DNA from: Streptomyces griseus
GTDB taxonomy: Bacteria; Bdellovibrionota; Bdellovibrionia; Bdellovibrionales; Bdellovibrionaceae
DNA length: 24,000 bases
Direction of reading: 5' to 3'
Assembly: GCA_943330705.2 (NCBI GenBank)
Contig: CALQIT020000030.1
Location: 740 to 24,739, forward strand
The translations under genes were made by a program, and so were the position numbers. Of this stretch, positions 13,987 through 23,507 are shown one piece after another (the stretch's first letter is position 1; each line of letters begins with the position of its first letter). The notes beneath the pieces are model-generated. The model made no database searches. It was not told the DNA's origin and saw only the letters and a list, made by a program, of their open reading frames with translations.

Positions 13987-15069
13987 ATGACAAAGTCAGT
14001 GATTTACTTATTTTTTGCAACCTTGGTTTTGACAACTCTTCCTGCGAAGTCATGGGATGAATTCCGTGGTTACGACCCAGGCCTCTGGGACATGGAATTC
14101 CGCACGCAGTACTATAAAGCCACAGGCAATTATAGTCACGGTGGTGGTGAAGTAAATAGCTTAACAAGCGGAACATCCTATTCTTTGATGAATTTTGATC
14201 TTGGCGTGCGTTGGACTCCATCCGCCAGATGGGGATTCTTTGGACAGACGAATATCGCCAACTCAAGTTCAAGTGATGGACTTGTGAACCGCAACAATAG
14301 CAGTCTCACTAATTTCAAACTGGGAACTGACCTTCTTATCTTTTCTGGCGACCGCATTGAATGGGTCGCAGTTGGCTCATTTTTAATGCCCTTTAAAAAG
14401 ATTGATACCAAAGAAGACACCTCTGCCAATCAAGAAGGAACAACCGAGGTCGATGGACGTATTCTTGGAAGAATGTCGATTAAAAACTTTGTTCCATTTG
14501 GCTCAATCGGAGTCACCTATCGAACAGATGGCCGATCCACACTAGTACCTTATTCCTTAGGTACTGAATATGTCATGGGTAGCAGCGCGGTTGGCTTGGG
14601 GCTTGCTGGTTTCAATAGCGCCTTCCACTATGACGATAAATCAGGCTCAGCTCGTGGCGAACGCGAGCTCTACAACACAGCAAAGAATGGCGGCGCTTAC
14701 CGATTCTACGCTGTAAATCCAAACTATTTGGAGGCACAGCTTTGGTATCGCTATGATGGCGGTGGAATGCTGGGCTTTCAGTTGGGCTACGGCACAGGCG
14801 TAACTGGTCAAGATTACGCCGCTGGTTGGAATATTTTTGCGGGCCTGAACTTTCGCTTCAAAGATGACTCGCCACCGTCAAGCGGGCAAAGTAAAGAAAA
14901 GCGGCAGATCACAAGACCCGGCAAACAAGATGTTGAAAAATTTAAAGAAGAGAACTCTGATGGCGTAGATCAGCAGCTATTTGACCCGGACAACGTGAAT
15001 TCAGCAAGCCTGAAAGAAAATAAACAAGAGATTAAGGTTGAACTGAAAACCATTCGACCAAAAAAATAG
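13987..15069 (+). CDS. Putative outer-membrane beta-barrel protein with a charged C-terminal tail
   Basis: The signal peptide is MTKSVIYLFFATLVLTTLPAKS. Alternating aromatic/Gly-rich beta-strand patterns are present (YSLMNFDLGVRW, GSIGVTYR, AQLWYRYD, LGFQLGYG). A beta-signal-like NIFAGLNFRF is followed by 69 charged or polar residues. The ORF track starts at TTG 13978; I prefer the ATG at 13987. Confidence 0.55.
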   Translation: MTKSVIYLFFATLVLTTLPAKSWDEFRGYDPGLWDMEFRTQYYKATGNYSHGGGEVNSLTSGTSYSLMNFDLGVRWTPSARWGFFGQTNIANSSSSDGLVNRNNSSLTNFKLGTDLLIFSGDRIEWVAVGSFLMPFKKIDTKEDTSANQEGTTEVDGRILGRMSIKNFVPFGSIGVTYRTDGRSTLVPYSLGTEYVMGSSAVGLGLAGFNSAFHYDDKSGSARGERELYNTAKNGGAYRFYAVNPNYLEAQLWYRYDGGGMLGFQLGYGTGVTGQDYAAGWNIFAGLNFRFKDDSPPSSGQSKEKRQITRPGKQDVEKFKEENSDGVDQQLFDPDNVNSASLKENKQEIKVELKTIRPKK

Positions 15070-15110
15070 GGAGTTTCACTTTTACGTTACCTTCTTTGCG
15101 TGAGGCGCCA

Positions 15111-17807
15111 ATGTCAGAAGAACAATTAGACAAATTACAGATTTCCGACCGATACAACCCGCAAGAGGTTGAAAGTAGAATCTATGATTGGTGGGAAAAG
15201 GCAGGCTATTTTAAAGCGCTAGATCAATCCACCAAACCACCTTATTGCGTCATCTTGCCCCCTCCGAACGTCACAGGATTTTTACACATGGGTCATGCCA
15301 TGGATCACACCATTCAAGATTGCCTGATTCGCTGGAAACGCATGAACGGATTCAACGCACTTTGGTTACCTGGAACAGATCACGCAGGTATTGCGACCCA
15401 GACTGTCGTGGAAAAGGAATTGCGCAAAGAAGGTTTGAATCGGCACAAGTTAGGCCGAGAAAAGTTTGTCGAAAAAGTTTGGCAGTGGAAACATCAGTAT
15501 GGGGATCGCATTTACAAACAAATGCGACGACTGGGGGATTCCTGTGATTGGGACCGCGCGGTTTTCACTTTAGACGAAGGGGTCTCAAAGGCGGTTAAAA
15601 AAGTTTTTGTTAGTCTTTATAAGAAAAACGCCATTTACCGGGGCAAACGTTTAGTAAATTGGAGTGGACCTTTAGAAAGTGCAATTTCTGACCTTGAGGT
15701 CGAGCACCGCCAGGTCAAAGGTTTTATCTACCATCTTCGCTATCCTTTGGAAGACGGTAGTGGCTTTTTAGTTGTTGCAACAACTCGGCCCGAAACCCTA
15801 TTGGGCGACACTGCAGTTTGTGTGCATCCAGAAGATCCCCGCTATCAAAAACTAATCGGCAAGAATGTTATTCTGCCGCTATTAAATCGAAAAATTCCGA
15901 TCATTGCCGACACCTATGTCGATAAGGATTTTGGCTCAGGCGTTGTAAAAATCACACCTGCTCATGATTTCAATGACTATAAAATTGGAAAAACCCATGA
16001 CTTACCTTTCATTAATATTTTAACAAAAAAAGCAGAGCTCAATGAAAACGCAGGCCCCTACCAAGGACTTAAAGTTCAAGAGGCCAGAAAAAAAATCCTA
16101 GAGGACTTAAAAGCACTCGATCTTTTTGAAAAAGAAGAACCGCATGTTCTTAGTGTCGGCCATTGCTCGCGTTCAGGGGCGGTCGTGGAACCTTTTCTTT
16201 CTGAGCAGTGGTTTGTTAAAACTGAGCAATTGGCAATTCCAGCCAAACGGGTCGTCGAAAGTGGAACGATTCGCTTTGAGCCCGAGAGTTGGACAAAGAC
16301 TTACCTGCACTGGATGAACAACATTGAAGACTGGTGTATCTCACGCCAACTTTGGTGGGGTCATCGCATTCCTGCCTGGTACTGCCAGACTTGTGAACAT
16401 GTTATGGTTAGTGAAACTGATCTTAGCAAATGTGACAAATGCAATAGCCCCGAGGTTCATCAAGATGAAGATGTCCTGGACACTTGGTTTAGCTCTGCCC
16501 TTTGGCCATATAGCGCTATGGGCTGGCCTGCAGAAACCGAAACTTTAAAGACTTTCTATCCGACAAATGTTTTGGTCACTGGCCACGATATTATTTTCTT
16601 TTGGGTGGCCAGAATGATCATGCTGGGTCTGGAATTCATGCGTGATGTCCCCTTTCGTCAGGTTTATTTGCATGGCCTGATCCGAGATTCCCAAGGTCGA
16701 AAAATGTCGAAGTCCCTCGGCAACTCGATTGATCCTGTGGACATGATCGAAAAAAATGGCGCCGATGCTTTGCGCTTTTCATTTCTTGCGCATATCCACT
16801 CTGGAAAAGACATCAAGTTTAGCGAGCAACGACTTGAGGGCTACCGCAATTTCATGAATAAGATTTGGAATGGAACCCGTTTTGCGTTGAATTCTTTGCA
16901 AGGTTTTGACCCCTCTGCCGCCGCTAAACTTCCAGAATTGAAGGCCTCGCTGTCGACCTTCGATCAATGGATTATATTCAAGCTTGGTCAGGTCGAAAAA
17001 ACAGTGGAAGATTCCCTTGAGCAAGACCGATTTTCTGATGCGGCCGGGGCACTTTATCAATTTGTCTGGTATGAATTCTGCGATTGGTATATCGAATTTA
17101 TCAAACCCATTATGACTGGCTCCAATGCCCATGAAAAATTAGCAAGTCAAACGGTGCTGGCGCTTTCATTGAATCGAATTATGCGTCTATTGCATCCGTT
17201 TGCGCCGTTTATTACAGAAGAGCTTTATCAGAAGCTGCCCATTCGTGGCGCAGCATGCATCGTTGATCAATATCCCAACCCTAGAAACGATCGAGATTTT
17301 CTAAGCTTCGGGTCAGAGGCCGCCGCTTTTGAAATCGATATCGTCAAAGAAGTGATCGCCGCAATTCGCAACATCAGAGGCGAAAATCGAATTAACCCCG
17401 GAGCTAAAATAAATGTTCGCCTGGCTCCGAACGATGATCAGGTGCAAAAAATTCTTGGCACAAATAGAAATGCAATTGTTACTTTGGGTCGAATTGAGCA
17501 GCTCGAGATCCAGGCCGAAGGAAATCTTGCAAAGTGCGCGGTAACCCTAGTTACGATTAAGGATGCACGAGTCAAAGTTATCATTCCATTGGAAGGTCTA
17601 GTCGACTTGGCCGAAGAGATAACTCGCATCCAAAAAACCATTGAAAAGTTGGACCGAGAAATTACCACTCTTACTGCGCGCCTTGCGAACGAAAACTTCG
17701 TAAAAAATGCTGCCGAAGAAGTTGTGGAAACCGATCGTGGCTTGCTGGGCGAAGCATCCAGTAAGATTGGATCCTTAAGGGAAGCCCTTACGCGCCTGCA
17801 AAGCTAA
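15111..17807 (+). CDS. valS: Valine--tRNA ligase
   Basis: Class I aaRS motifs are present: PPPNVTGFLHMGHA (HIGH) and KMSKSLGN (KMSKS). Other ValRS-typical blocks are WLPGTDHAGIATQ, TTRPETLLGDTAV, ISRQLWWGHRIPAW and the C-terminal coiled coil. The ATG at 15111 (MSEEQ...) has GAGG 5 nt upstream. The track's TTG at 15096 is less likely. Confidence 0.97.
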   Translation: MSEEQLDKLQISDRYNPQEVESRIYDWWEKAGYFKALDQSTKPPYCVILPPPNVTGFLHMGHAMDHTIQDCLIRWKRMNGFNALWLPGTDHAGIATQTVVEKELRKEGLNRHKLGREKFVEKVWQWKHQYGDRIYKQMRRLGDSCDWDRAVFTLDEGVSKAVKKVFVSLYKKNAIYRGKRLVNWSGPLESAISDLEVEHRQVKGFIYHLRYPLEDGSGFLVVATTRPETLLGDTAVCVHPEDPRYQKLIGKNVILPLLNRKIPIIADTYVDKDFGSGVVKITPAHDFNDYKIGKTHDLPFINILTKKAELNENAGPYQGLKVQEARKKILEDLKALDLFEKEEPHVLSVGHCSRSGAVVEPFLSEQWFVKTEQLAIPAKRVVESGTIRFEPESWTKTYLHWMNNIEDWCISRQLWWGHRIPAWYCQTCEHVMVSETDLSKCDKCNSPEVHQDEDVLDTWFSSALWPYSAMGWPAETETLKTFYPTNVLVTGHDIIFFWVARMIMLGLEFMRDVPFRQVYLHGLIRDSQGRKMSKSLGNSIDPVDMIEKNGADALRFSFLAHIHSGKDIKFSEQRLEGYRNFMNKIWNGTRFALNSLQGFDPSAAAKLPELKASLSTFDQWIIFKLGQVEKTVEDSLEQDRFSDAAGALYQFVWYEFCDWYIEFIKPIMTGSNAHEKLASQTVLALSLNRIMRLLHPFAPFITEELYQKLPIRGAACIVDQYPNPRNDRDFLSFGSEAAAFEIDIVKEVIAAIRNIRGENRINPGAKINVRLAPNDDQVQKILGTNRNAIVTLGRIEQLEIQAEGNLAKCAVTLVTIKDARVKVIIPLEGLVDLAEEITRIQKTIEKLDREITTLTARLANENFVKNAAEEVVETDRGLLGEASSKIGSLREALTRLQS

Positions 17808-17814
17808 ATCCCCG

Positions 17815-18552
17815 CTATTCTAAAGTATGGCGGGAAATATCTATGATCTGGATCCGCTCATTATCGATAAATGAGAAATGGACGTCCCCATCAAAAATTC
17901 GGACGGCATGAGTCTCCCGATAGGGCGAAGCTTTGCCCTCATATCCGCGGTAGATCAATGGCCTAGGATCCAAGATCAGGGTTTCCTCGATCAATTGGCG
18001 CAAGTGAATTCGCCCGCTCTCTGACTGCCATTTCGCTAAAAACTCAAGCTGCTCATGACTCCAGAGGACGGTAATTTTTGTTTTTACAAGCTGCTCAGAC
18101 CAACCGGCTTTGGCCTCAGGAATTGCTTCAATCTCTGGCAAGTAGGGCTTAATATCCAGAACTGGAGTTCCATTGACCAGATCGATCCCGGAAACTACAA
18201 CCCCGTCGCTTTCAATAGATTCAATTTTTACCAGCGACAAGCCAATCGAGTTAGGTCGATGCGGACTTCGCGTGGCAAAAACGCCCATGTTTGCGCCGCC
18301 CAATCGAGGCGGATGAACTTTTGCGTGAAACCTAGAGTTCGTGTTCTGGTGAAATACAAAAATCACCCACAGGTGGGAAAATCCAGATAGGCCTTCCAAG
18401 GATTGCTGGGGATGCCATTCCTTTTGCAAATGGATTTTTCCCCACGAGCTTTTTACCAGGCCGGGCTGCCTTGGCGTTCCGAATCGATCCAGATAGCAGG
18501 ACTCGACAAAGCCAATGGCCTTCATAGAAAAATTGTGAGAATCAAGAGTCAT
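17815..18552 (-). CDS. trmO: tRNA (N6-threonylcarbamoyladenosine(37)-N6)-methyltransferase TrmO (YaeB/TsaA family)
   Basis: IGFVESCYLDRFGTPRQPGLV, FSHLWVIFVFH, GVFATRSPHRPNSIGLSLVKIESI and GIDLVNGTPVLDIKPY match YaeB/TsaA-family blocks. The start is uncertain (18552 or 18525). The 18591 start in the track adds an implausible Cys-rich leader. Confidence 0.85.
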   Translation of the reverse strand: MTLDSHNFSMKAIGFVESCYLDRFGTPRQPGLVKSSWGKIHLQKEWHPQQSLEGLSGFSHLWVIFVFHQNTNSRFHAKVHPPRLGGANMGVFATRSPHRPNSIGLSLVKIESIESDGVVVSGIDLVNGTPVLDIKPYLPEIEAIPEAKAGWSEQLVKTKITVLWSHEQLEFLAKWQSESGRIHLRQLIEETLILDPRPLIYRGYEGKASPYRETHAVRIFDGDVHFSFIDNERIQIIDISRHTLE

Positions 18553-18714
18553 ACAGATGCAAATATCGGAGATTACGCCACACAGCAACAATTATCCACA
18601 AGGCCGAGCATCAACAGATCCAACCTCGAGTGAAAAGCTATTCTCTGCCATTGACCGACAGAAATACCCAGCCTAAACCATTGGCAACTGCCCGCTTAAA
18701 AAAGGACTTAAAAT

Positions 18715-19734
18715 ATGAGACTTTTCAGACTCTTATGCCTTTCTCTGGTATCTTTCTTGGTATCTTTCTTGGCTTCTTTCTTGGCTTCTTCTTTGGCATC
18801 AGCCGCGCCATTAAAAGTTGGTTTGGTTTTAGATAAAGGTGGAAAAGATGACAGATCCTTCAATTCAGCAGCCTATGCCGGAGCAACAAAGGCCGAAAAG
18901 GAATTTGGCATAAAGCTAAAGTATGTTGAAGCAACAGATTCTAATTCCATTGAAATTCTACATCGATCCTTTGCAAAAAAAGACTTTGATCTAGTTATCG
19001 GAGTTGGTTTTGCGCAAGCCGAAGCGGTTAAGAAAATTGCCGACCAGTACCCACAGAAAAAATTTGCCATTGTTGATGGCGAGGTCACCGCTGCCAATGT
19101 CAAAAGCCTGTTATTCGAGGAACACGAAGGCGCTTACCTTGTTGGAGCACTTGCTGCACTTCAATCAAAGACCGGAAAAATTGGGTTCATTGGCGGAATG
19201 GATATTCCGATGATTCGTCGATTTGAAATGGGCTTTCGGGCCGGAGTTGAAAAAGTAAATCCAAAAGCAAAATTGATTTCAAACTTCATTGGCATCACTG
19301 GTGAAGCCTGGACCAATCCTCCAAAGGGTAAAGAACTTGCGTTGTCACAATTTGGCTCTGGGGTGGACGTTATCTTTGCAGCCGCAGGAGCCTCTGGGTC
19401 TGGGGTCTTTGATGCTGCTGAAGAACGAAAAAAATTCGCCATCGGGGTGGATTCAAATCAGAATTGGATGAAACCAGGCTTTATCCTGACCTCGATGCTT
19501 AAAAGGGTCGACGTCGCTGTTTATGATACAATTAAAGAGCTCAAAGACGGTCAGTTTCAAGGTGGCATTTACCGATTTGGATTAAAAAATAAGGGCGTCG
19601 ACTATGCCATCGATGAGCACAACCAAAAGCTAATCACCCCAGAAATGACAAAAAGAGTTGAAGAGCTAAAATCCAACATCATTGCTGGCAAAATTCTTGT
19701 CCCTGATTATTATAAGAAAGATGCAAAAAAATAG
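18715..19734 (+). CDS. BMP-family (PnrA/Med-like) ABC transporter substrate-binding protein
   Basis: LKVGLVLDKGGKDDRSFNSAAYAGATKAEKEFG, IGVGFAQAEAVKKIADQYP, FAIVDG, GFIGGMDIPMIRRFEMGFRAG, DVIFAAAGASGSGVF and AIGVDSNQ are typical of the basic-membrane-protein family. These proteins bind nucleosides or sugars. The N-terminal hydrophobic region is unusually long and internally repeated. Confidence 0.85.
   Translation: MRLFRLLCLSLVSFLVSFLASFLASSLASAAPLKVGLVLDKGGKDDRSFNSAAYAGATKAEKEFGIKLKYVEATDSNSIEILHRSFAKKDFDLVIGVGFAQAEAVKKIADQYPQKKFAIVDGEVTAANVKSLLFEEHEGAYLVGALAALQSKTGKIGFIGGMDIPMIRRFEMGFRAGVEKVNPKAKLISNFIGITGEAWTNPPKGKELALSQFGSGVDVIFAAAGASGSGVFDAAEERKKFAIGVDSNQNWMKPGFILTSMLKRVDVAVYDTIKELKDGQFQGGIYRFGLKNKGVDYAIDEHNQKLITPEMTKRVEELKSNIIAGKILVPDYYKKDAKK
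18751..18798 (+). repeat. In-frame 12-bp tandem repeat (4 copies, plus a diverged fifth at 18739-18750) inside the signal-peptide coding region
   Basis: The copies are tctttcttggta, tctttcttggct, tctttcttggct and tcttctttggca. They encode SFLV-SFLA-SFLA-SSLA and are preceded by ctttctctggta (LSLV). Confidence 0.9.
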
Positions 19735-21313
19735 GCCTACAAAACCGATCCAGAGTCGACCGGCAACTTATGTTCCGTCCGAACTTTTAGTTCTAAAAGG
19801 TGTCGGCAAACACTTTGGTTCGGTCAAGGCGAATTCTAAAGTCAGTTTTGCAATTGAAAAGGGCACAATTCATGCCCTGATTGGTGAAAATGGCGCCGGC
19901 AAATCAACTTGCGCTAAGATGATTTTCGGCATGTACCCGCCGGACGAAGGCGAAATATTTTTTAAAGGCCGTAAAGCCATCTTTTCTTCACCAGTTCAAG
20001 CCAAGATGGTCGGCATTGGGATGGTTCACCAACATTTTATGTTAGCCGGGCCTATTCCAGCCATAGATCACATTATTCTAGATGAAAACAAACCCTTTCG
20101 AACTTTTGTAGATTATTTGATTCCTTTGAATCGCTCGAAGAAAAAGAAGGAACTTAAAATCCTTTCTGAAAAGTACAATATGCCGGTGCCCTGGGACTCT
20201 TTGGTTGAAAATCTAAGTGTCGGGACTCAGCAAAGAATTGAAATTCTAAAGTTGCTACATGCGAATACCGATCTTTTGATTCTTGACGAACCGACAGCTG
20301 TTTTAAATCCACTTGAAATTGAAGCTTTTTTTAAACAATTGCGAATCCTGAAAGAGGCCGGAAAAACAATTATTATTATCACCCACAAACTTTCCGAAGT
20401 CCGGGCCATTGCTGATCAAGTGACTATTTTTCGCCAAGGACAAGTTGTCGGAACCTTCAAAACTTTTGAAAAATCAGCACAAGAACTTGCTGAACTTATG
20501 GTGGGTCGCGCCCTTATCGAGCAACATGTTCCCCGAGATAAAATGGGTTCTGGCAATCACACTTTATCCATTCGCGACTTAAGTTTGAATTTAAATGGCG
20601 TCACCAAGCTTGAAAAAGTTACCTTTTTTATGCGGCAAAAAGAAATCGTTGGCATCGCCGGCGTCGAAGGCAATGGACAGTCTGAACTTTTGAATAGTCT
20701 AATTCGACCACGGATCTATAAAGGAAGCTTAAAAGGAGTTATCGACTACAAAGAACACCTTATTACAGATCTTAGTTCTGATGAAATTCGAACGATGGGT
20801 ATTGCTTTTGTTCCCGAAGACCGACTTGCCCAAGCCATGGCTACCGAACTATCGGTTGAAGAAAACTTTATTCTGGGGCAGCAGCGCAGTTCGATGTTTA
20901 GCAAAATGGGAATTATTTTTTATCAAAAAGTTAGGGAAAAGCTGGCCCGAGCAACTAAAACATTTGATATCAGGCCTGCTAATGGATCCATGCCCGCCGG
21001 TCATCTTTCTGGTGGCAATCAACAAAAACTAATCATGGCCCGCGAGCTGATGTCCGATCCAGGGCTGCTTATTGTTGCACAACCCACCCGCGGCGTCGAC
21101 ATCGGGGCCAGTGAAAAAATTCATGAACAGATATTGAATGTAAAAAAGGAAGGTGGTTCAGTCCTTTTAGTTTCTTCAGATCTTGATGAGCTAAAAAAAC
21201 TTTGTGACCGAATTCTAGTAATGTATAGCGGGAAAATAGTTAGCCAATTTTATTATTATGAGTTTGACGATCGCTCGATTGGCGCAGCAATGGGTGGAGC
21301 ATCCCCGACATGA
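19721..21313 (+). CDS. ABC transporter ATP-binding protein with duplicated ATPase domains (BMP/ribose-type importer)
   Basis: Domain 1 has GENGAGKST (Walker A), LSVGTQQRIEILK (signature) and LLILDEPT (Walker B). Domain 2 has GVEGNGQSEL, LSGGNQQK and the family-typical LLIVAQPTRGVD in place of a canonical hhhhDEPT Walker B. The ATG at 19721 overlaps the upstream gene by 14 nt. The track's 19682 start is less likely. Confidence 0.9.
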   Translation: MQKNRPTKPIQSRPATYVPSELLVLKGVGKHFGSVKANSKVSFAIEKGTIHALIGENGAGKSTCAKMIFGMYPPDEGEIFFKGRKAIFSSPVQAKMVGIGMVHQHFMLAGPIPAIDHIILDENKPFRTFVDYLIPLNRSKKKKELKILSEKYNMPVPWDSLVENLSVGTQQRIEILKLLHANTDLLILDEPTAVLNPLEIEAFFKQLRILKEAGKTIIIITHKLSEVRAIADQVTIFRQGQVVGTFKTFEKSAQELAELMVGRALIEQHVPRDKMGSGNHTLSIRDLSLNLNGVTKLEKVTFFMRQKEIVGIAGVEGNGQSELLNSLIRPRIYKGSLKGVIDYKEHLITDLSSDEIRTMGIAFVPEDRLAQAMATELSVEENFILGQQRSSMFSKMGIIFYQKVREKLARATKTFDIRPANGSMPAGHLSGGNQQKLIMARELMSDPGLLIVAQPTRGVDIGASEKIHEQILNVKKEGGSVLLVSSDLDELKKLCDRILVMYSGKIVSQFYYYEFDDRSIGAAMGGASPT

Positions 21314-22362
21314 AAGCATTTTTTGGATTAGTTGTAGGTTTATTAATTTCATTGGGCTTAGCAAAGTTTGCCGGAGAAAGTCCTGCTCATGTTTTTGCAA
21401 TCATTAGCAAAAGTGCCTTTGGAACTTGGGAAGATCTATCCCAGACTTTGTTCTATACGACCTCGCTTATTTTCGCAGGACTTTCTGTTTCAATGGCTTT
21501 TCATGCTGGACTTTTCAATATCGGCGCCGAGGGGCAACTGACTGTCGCTGCGGCCGCGGCGACGGCTGTTGGCGTGCTTCTTCCTCAGGTGCCTTATCCA
21601 CTGGCGCCCCTACTTGCAATGCTTGCCGCACTACTTGCGGGAGCGTTCTGGGGATTTATTCCAGGAGTCCTAAAAGCCTATCGCGGCAGTCACGAAGTCA
21701 TTGTTACGATGATGATGAATTTTGTCGCTGGCGGCGTAACCAGTTGGTTGATTCAAGGCGCGCTTAAAAGTACGACAACGCAAAATCCCGAGTCCGCCAA
21801 AATTGGTGCTGGCTATCTGTTGGTCAAAGCAAAATTCATTGCGGATTCAGCCCCTAATTCACCAATGAATTCCTCGTTCTTTATCGCTATTTTCTTAGCC
21901 TTTGTTCTGTATTTTGTTTTGTACCATACCGTTTTTGGATATGGGCTTCGGGTCGTTGGCCAAAATGATGTGGCTGCCGAAATCAGCGGTATCAATACGA
22001 AAAAAGTTAAAATGCTTGCCCTGTCTATTGCTGGCGCCATTGCTGGATTTGTGGCGATGAATGAGATCTTGGGCTCGGCAGGTAAATTTCGTTTCGGCTT
22101 TTCCCCCGACTATGGATTCACTGGAATTGCTGTCGCCCTTCTGGCTAGAAATAATCCCCTGGCAATCCTTCTTTCGGCCTTTCTTTTCGGTATTCTGCAT
22201 AAAGGGGCATTGGATTTAGATATGGAAACACAAATGATCAATAAGGATTTCGCAAAAATTATTCAAGCTGTGATTATTTTCTCAGTCGCTAGTTTCTATT
22301 TTCTGGATAGTGCTTTGCTCGAAAAAATTAAGAAAGGGCTTCCGTGGAACAAGAGGGATTGA
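21310..22362 (+). CDS. ABC transporter permease (BPD_transp_2 type, YufP/NupB-like)
   Basis: About 350 aa and multi-TM. FNIGAEGQ, YRGSHEVIVTMMMNF and GYGLRVVGQNDVAAEISGIN are blocks typical of branched-chain/ribose-type permeases partnered with BMP binding proteins. The start forms ATGA with the ATPase stop. Confidence 0.85.
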   Translation: MKAFFGLVVGLLISLGLAKFAGESPAHVFAIISKSAFGTWEDLSQTLFYTTSLIFAGLSVSMAFHAGLFNIGAEGQLTVAAAAATAVGVLLPQVPYPLAPLLAMLAALLAGAFWGFIPGVLKAYRGSHEVIVTMMMNFVAGGVTSWLIQGALKSTTTQNPESAKIGAGYLLVKAKFIADSAPNSPMNSSFFIAIFLAFVLYFVLYHTVFGYGLRVVGQNDVAAEISGINTKKVKMLALSIAGAIAGFVAMNEILGSAGKFRFGFSPDYGFTGIAVALLARNNPLAILLSAFLFGILHKGALDLDMETQMINKDFAKIIQAVIIFSVASFYFLDSALLEKIKKGLPWNKRD

Positions 22363-23216
22363 TCTCGGCTGCTCTTTTTGTCAGTGCCCTTCGGGGCGCA
22401 ACACCGTTAATCTTGGCGGCGATGGGTGGCTTTTTAAGCGAACGCTCAGGAACTGTGCAAATTGGCCTAGAAGGAATGATGCTGGCTGGCGCCTTAGCCG
22501 GAGCCACGCACGCCCACTTTCATCACGCGCCATGGGTTTCCTTTTTCGTGGCTGGTTGTGCGGGAATGTTATTGGCATTTCTTTTAGCCATTTTTGTTAT
22601 TTCCATTCGCATTGATCAAATTGTCGCTGGCGCTGCCCTTAATATGCTGGCCTTTGGTATCGCGCCCTTTGTAACTAAACAATTATTTGACTCAACCGGA
22701 AGCACGCCTTCTTTGCCGCTTGAGTCGCGCTTTACCTTTGGTCCAATTGTGGTTTCAATAGCAGTGGCGGTGCTGATCACCTTTTGGTATCGGCAAACTC
22801 GCTCGGGTCTATTGCTACGTTTTGCTGGTGAACGTCCGGAAGCATTGGCAGCAGCTGGCTACAAACCACAAATGGTAAAATGGTGGGGTCTTTTGGGTTG
22901 CGGATTTTTGGCCGGCCTTGGCGGAGGTTCTCTTTCTTTATTTCTATCTTCGAGTTATTCGCCATCTATGACGGGGGGCCGGGGATTTATCGCGCTGGCT
23001 GCTTTAATCTTTGGCCGGTGGAAACCCTTTCCCACAATGTGTGCTTGTTTGTTTTTTGCCTTTGTCGACGCCATTCAAATGCGCTTGCAGGGCCAAGAAA
23101 CCGGCATTCCAATTCAATTTATACAAATTCTGCCCTACCTAGTGACAATCATTGCGTTAGCAGGATTCTTTGGAAAAAGTCGGGCCCCTCAAGCTTTAGG
23201 ACAACGACCGCAATAA
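22344..23216 (+). CDS. ABC transporter permease (second subunit, YufQ/NupC-like)
   Basis: LRGATPLILAAMGGFLSERSGTVQIGLEGMML is the characteristic N-terminal block, and GRGFIALAALIFGRWKP is the C-terminal block. The GTG start at 22344 overlaps the previous gene by 19 nt, with AAGAAAGGG upstream. Confidence 0.85.
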   Translation: MEQEGLISAALFVSALRGATPLILAAMGGFLSERSGTVQIGLEGMMLAGALAGATHAHFHHAPWVSFFVAGCAGMLLAFLLAIFVISIRIDQIVAGAALNMLAFGIAPFVTKQLFDSTGSTPSLPLESRFTFGPIVVSIAVAVLITFWYRQTRSGLLLRFAGERPEALAAAGYKPQMVKWWGLLGCGFLAGLGGGSLSLFLSSSYSPSMTGGRGFIALAALIFGRWKPFPTMCACLFFAFVDAIQMRLQGQETGIPIQFIQILPYLVTIIALAGFFGKSRAPQALGQRPQ

Positions 23217-23452
23217 CAGCGCCCCACATCGGGTGGAAGATCTAAAAATGGTTCTGTTGAGTTAATTAAATCAAACTTATGACAAGCGATATTGCCATTT
23301 GAATTTTTTTGGATTCAATTCAGGTGGAAATTTTGCGTTTCATCGGTGGCAAATACGAAGCTTTTCTAGCCAGGTAAAATCCAAAGAGGATACCAGCGCT
23401 TTGCAACGAAGTGGGACTAGTTTAGCTTGCTACATTCTATGCGCCCAGAACC

Positions 23453-23484
23453 AAAAAAAACCCCAGGTTTCCCTGGGGTTTTTG
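23453..23484. terminator. Bidirectional Rho-independent terminator
   Basis: AAAAAAAA-CCCCAGG-tttc-CCTGGGG-TTTTT: a perfect 7-bp GC-rich stem (23461-23467 / 23472-23478) with a 4-nt loop. It is flanked by an A-run on one side and a T-run on the other. It lies between the convergent ABC operon and the OMP gene. Confidence 0.85.
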
Positions 23485-23507
23485 CACTCTAAATTTAGAT
23501 CTTTAAA

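Noticed and set aside
18403-18836. ORFs 18403-18633 and 18630-18836 in the trmO/BMP divergent region.
   Set aside because: The first is antisense to trmO. The second is an alternate frame of the BMP signal-peptide repeat (FLGIFLGFFLGFFFG), produced by the same 12-bp tandem repeat, with no start context.
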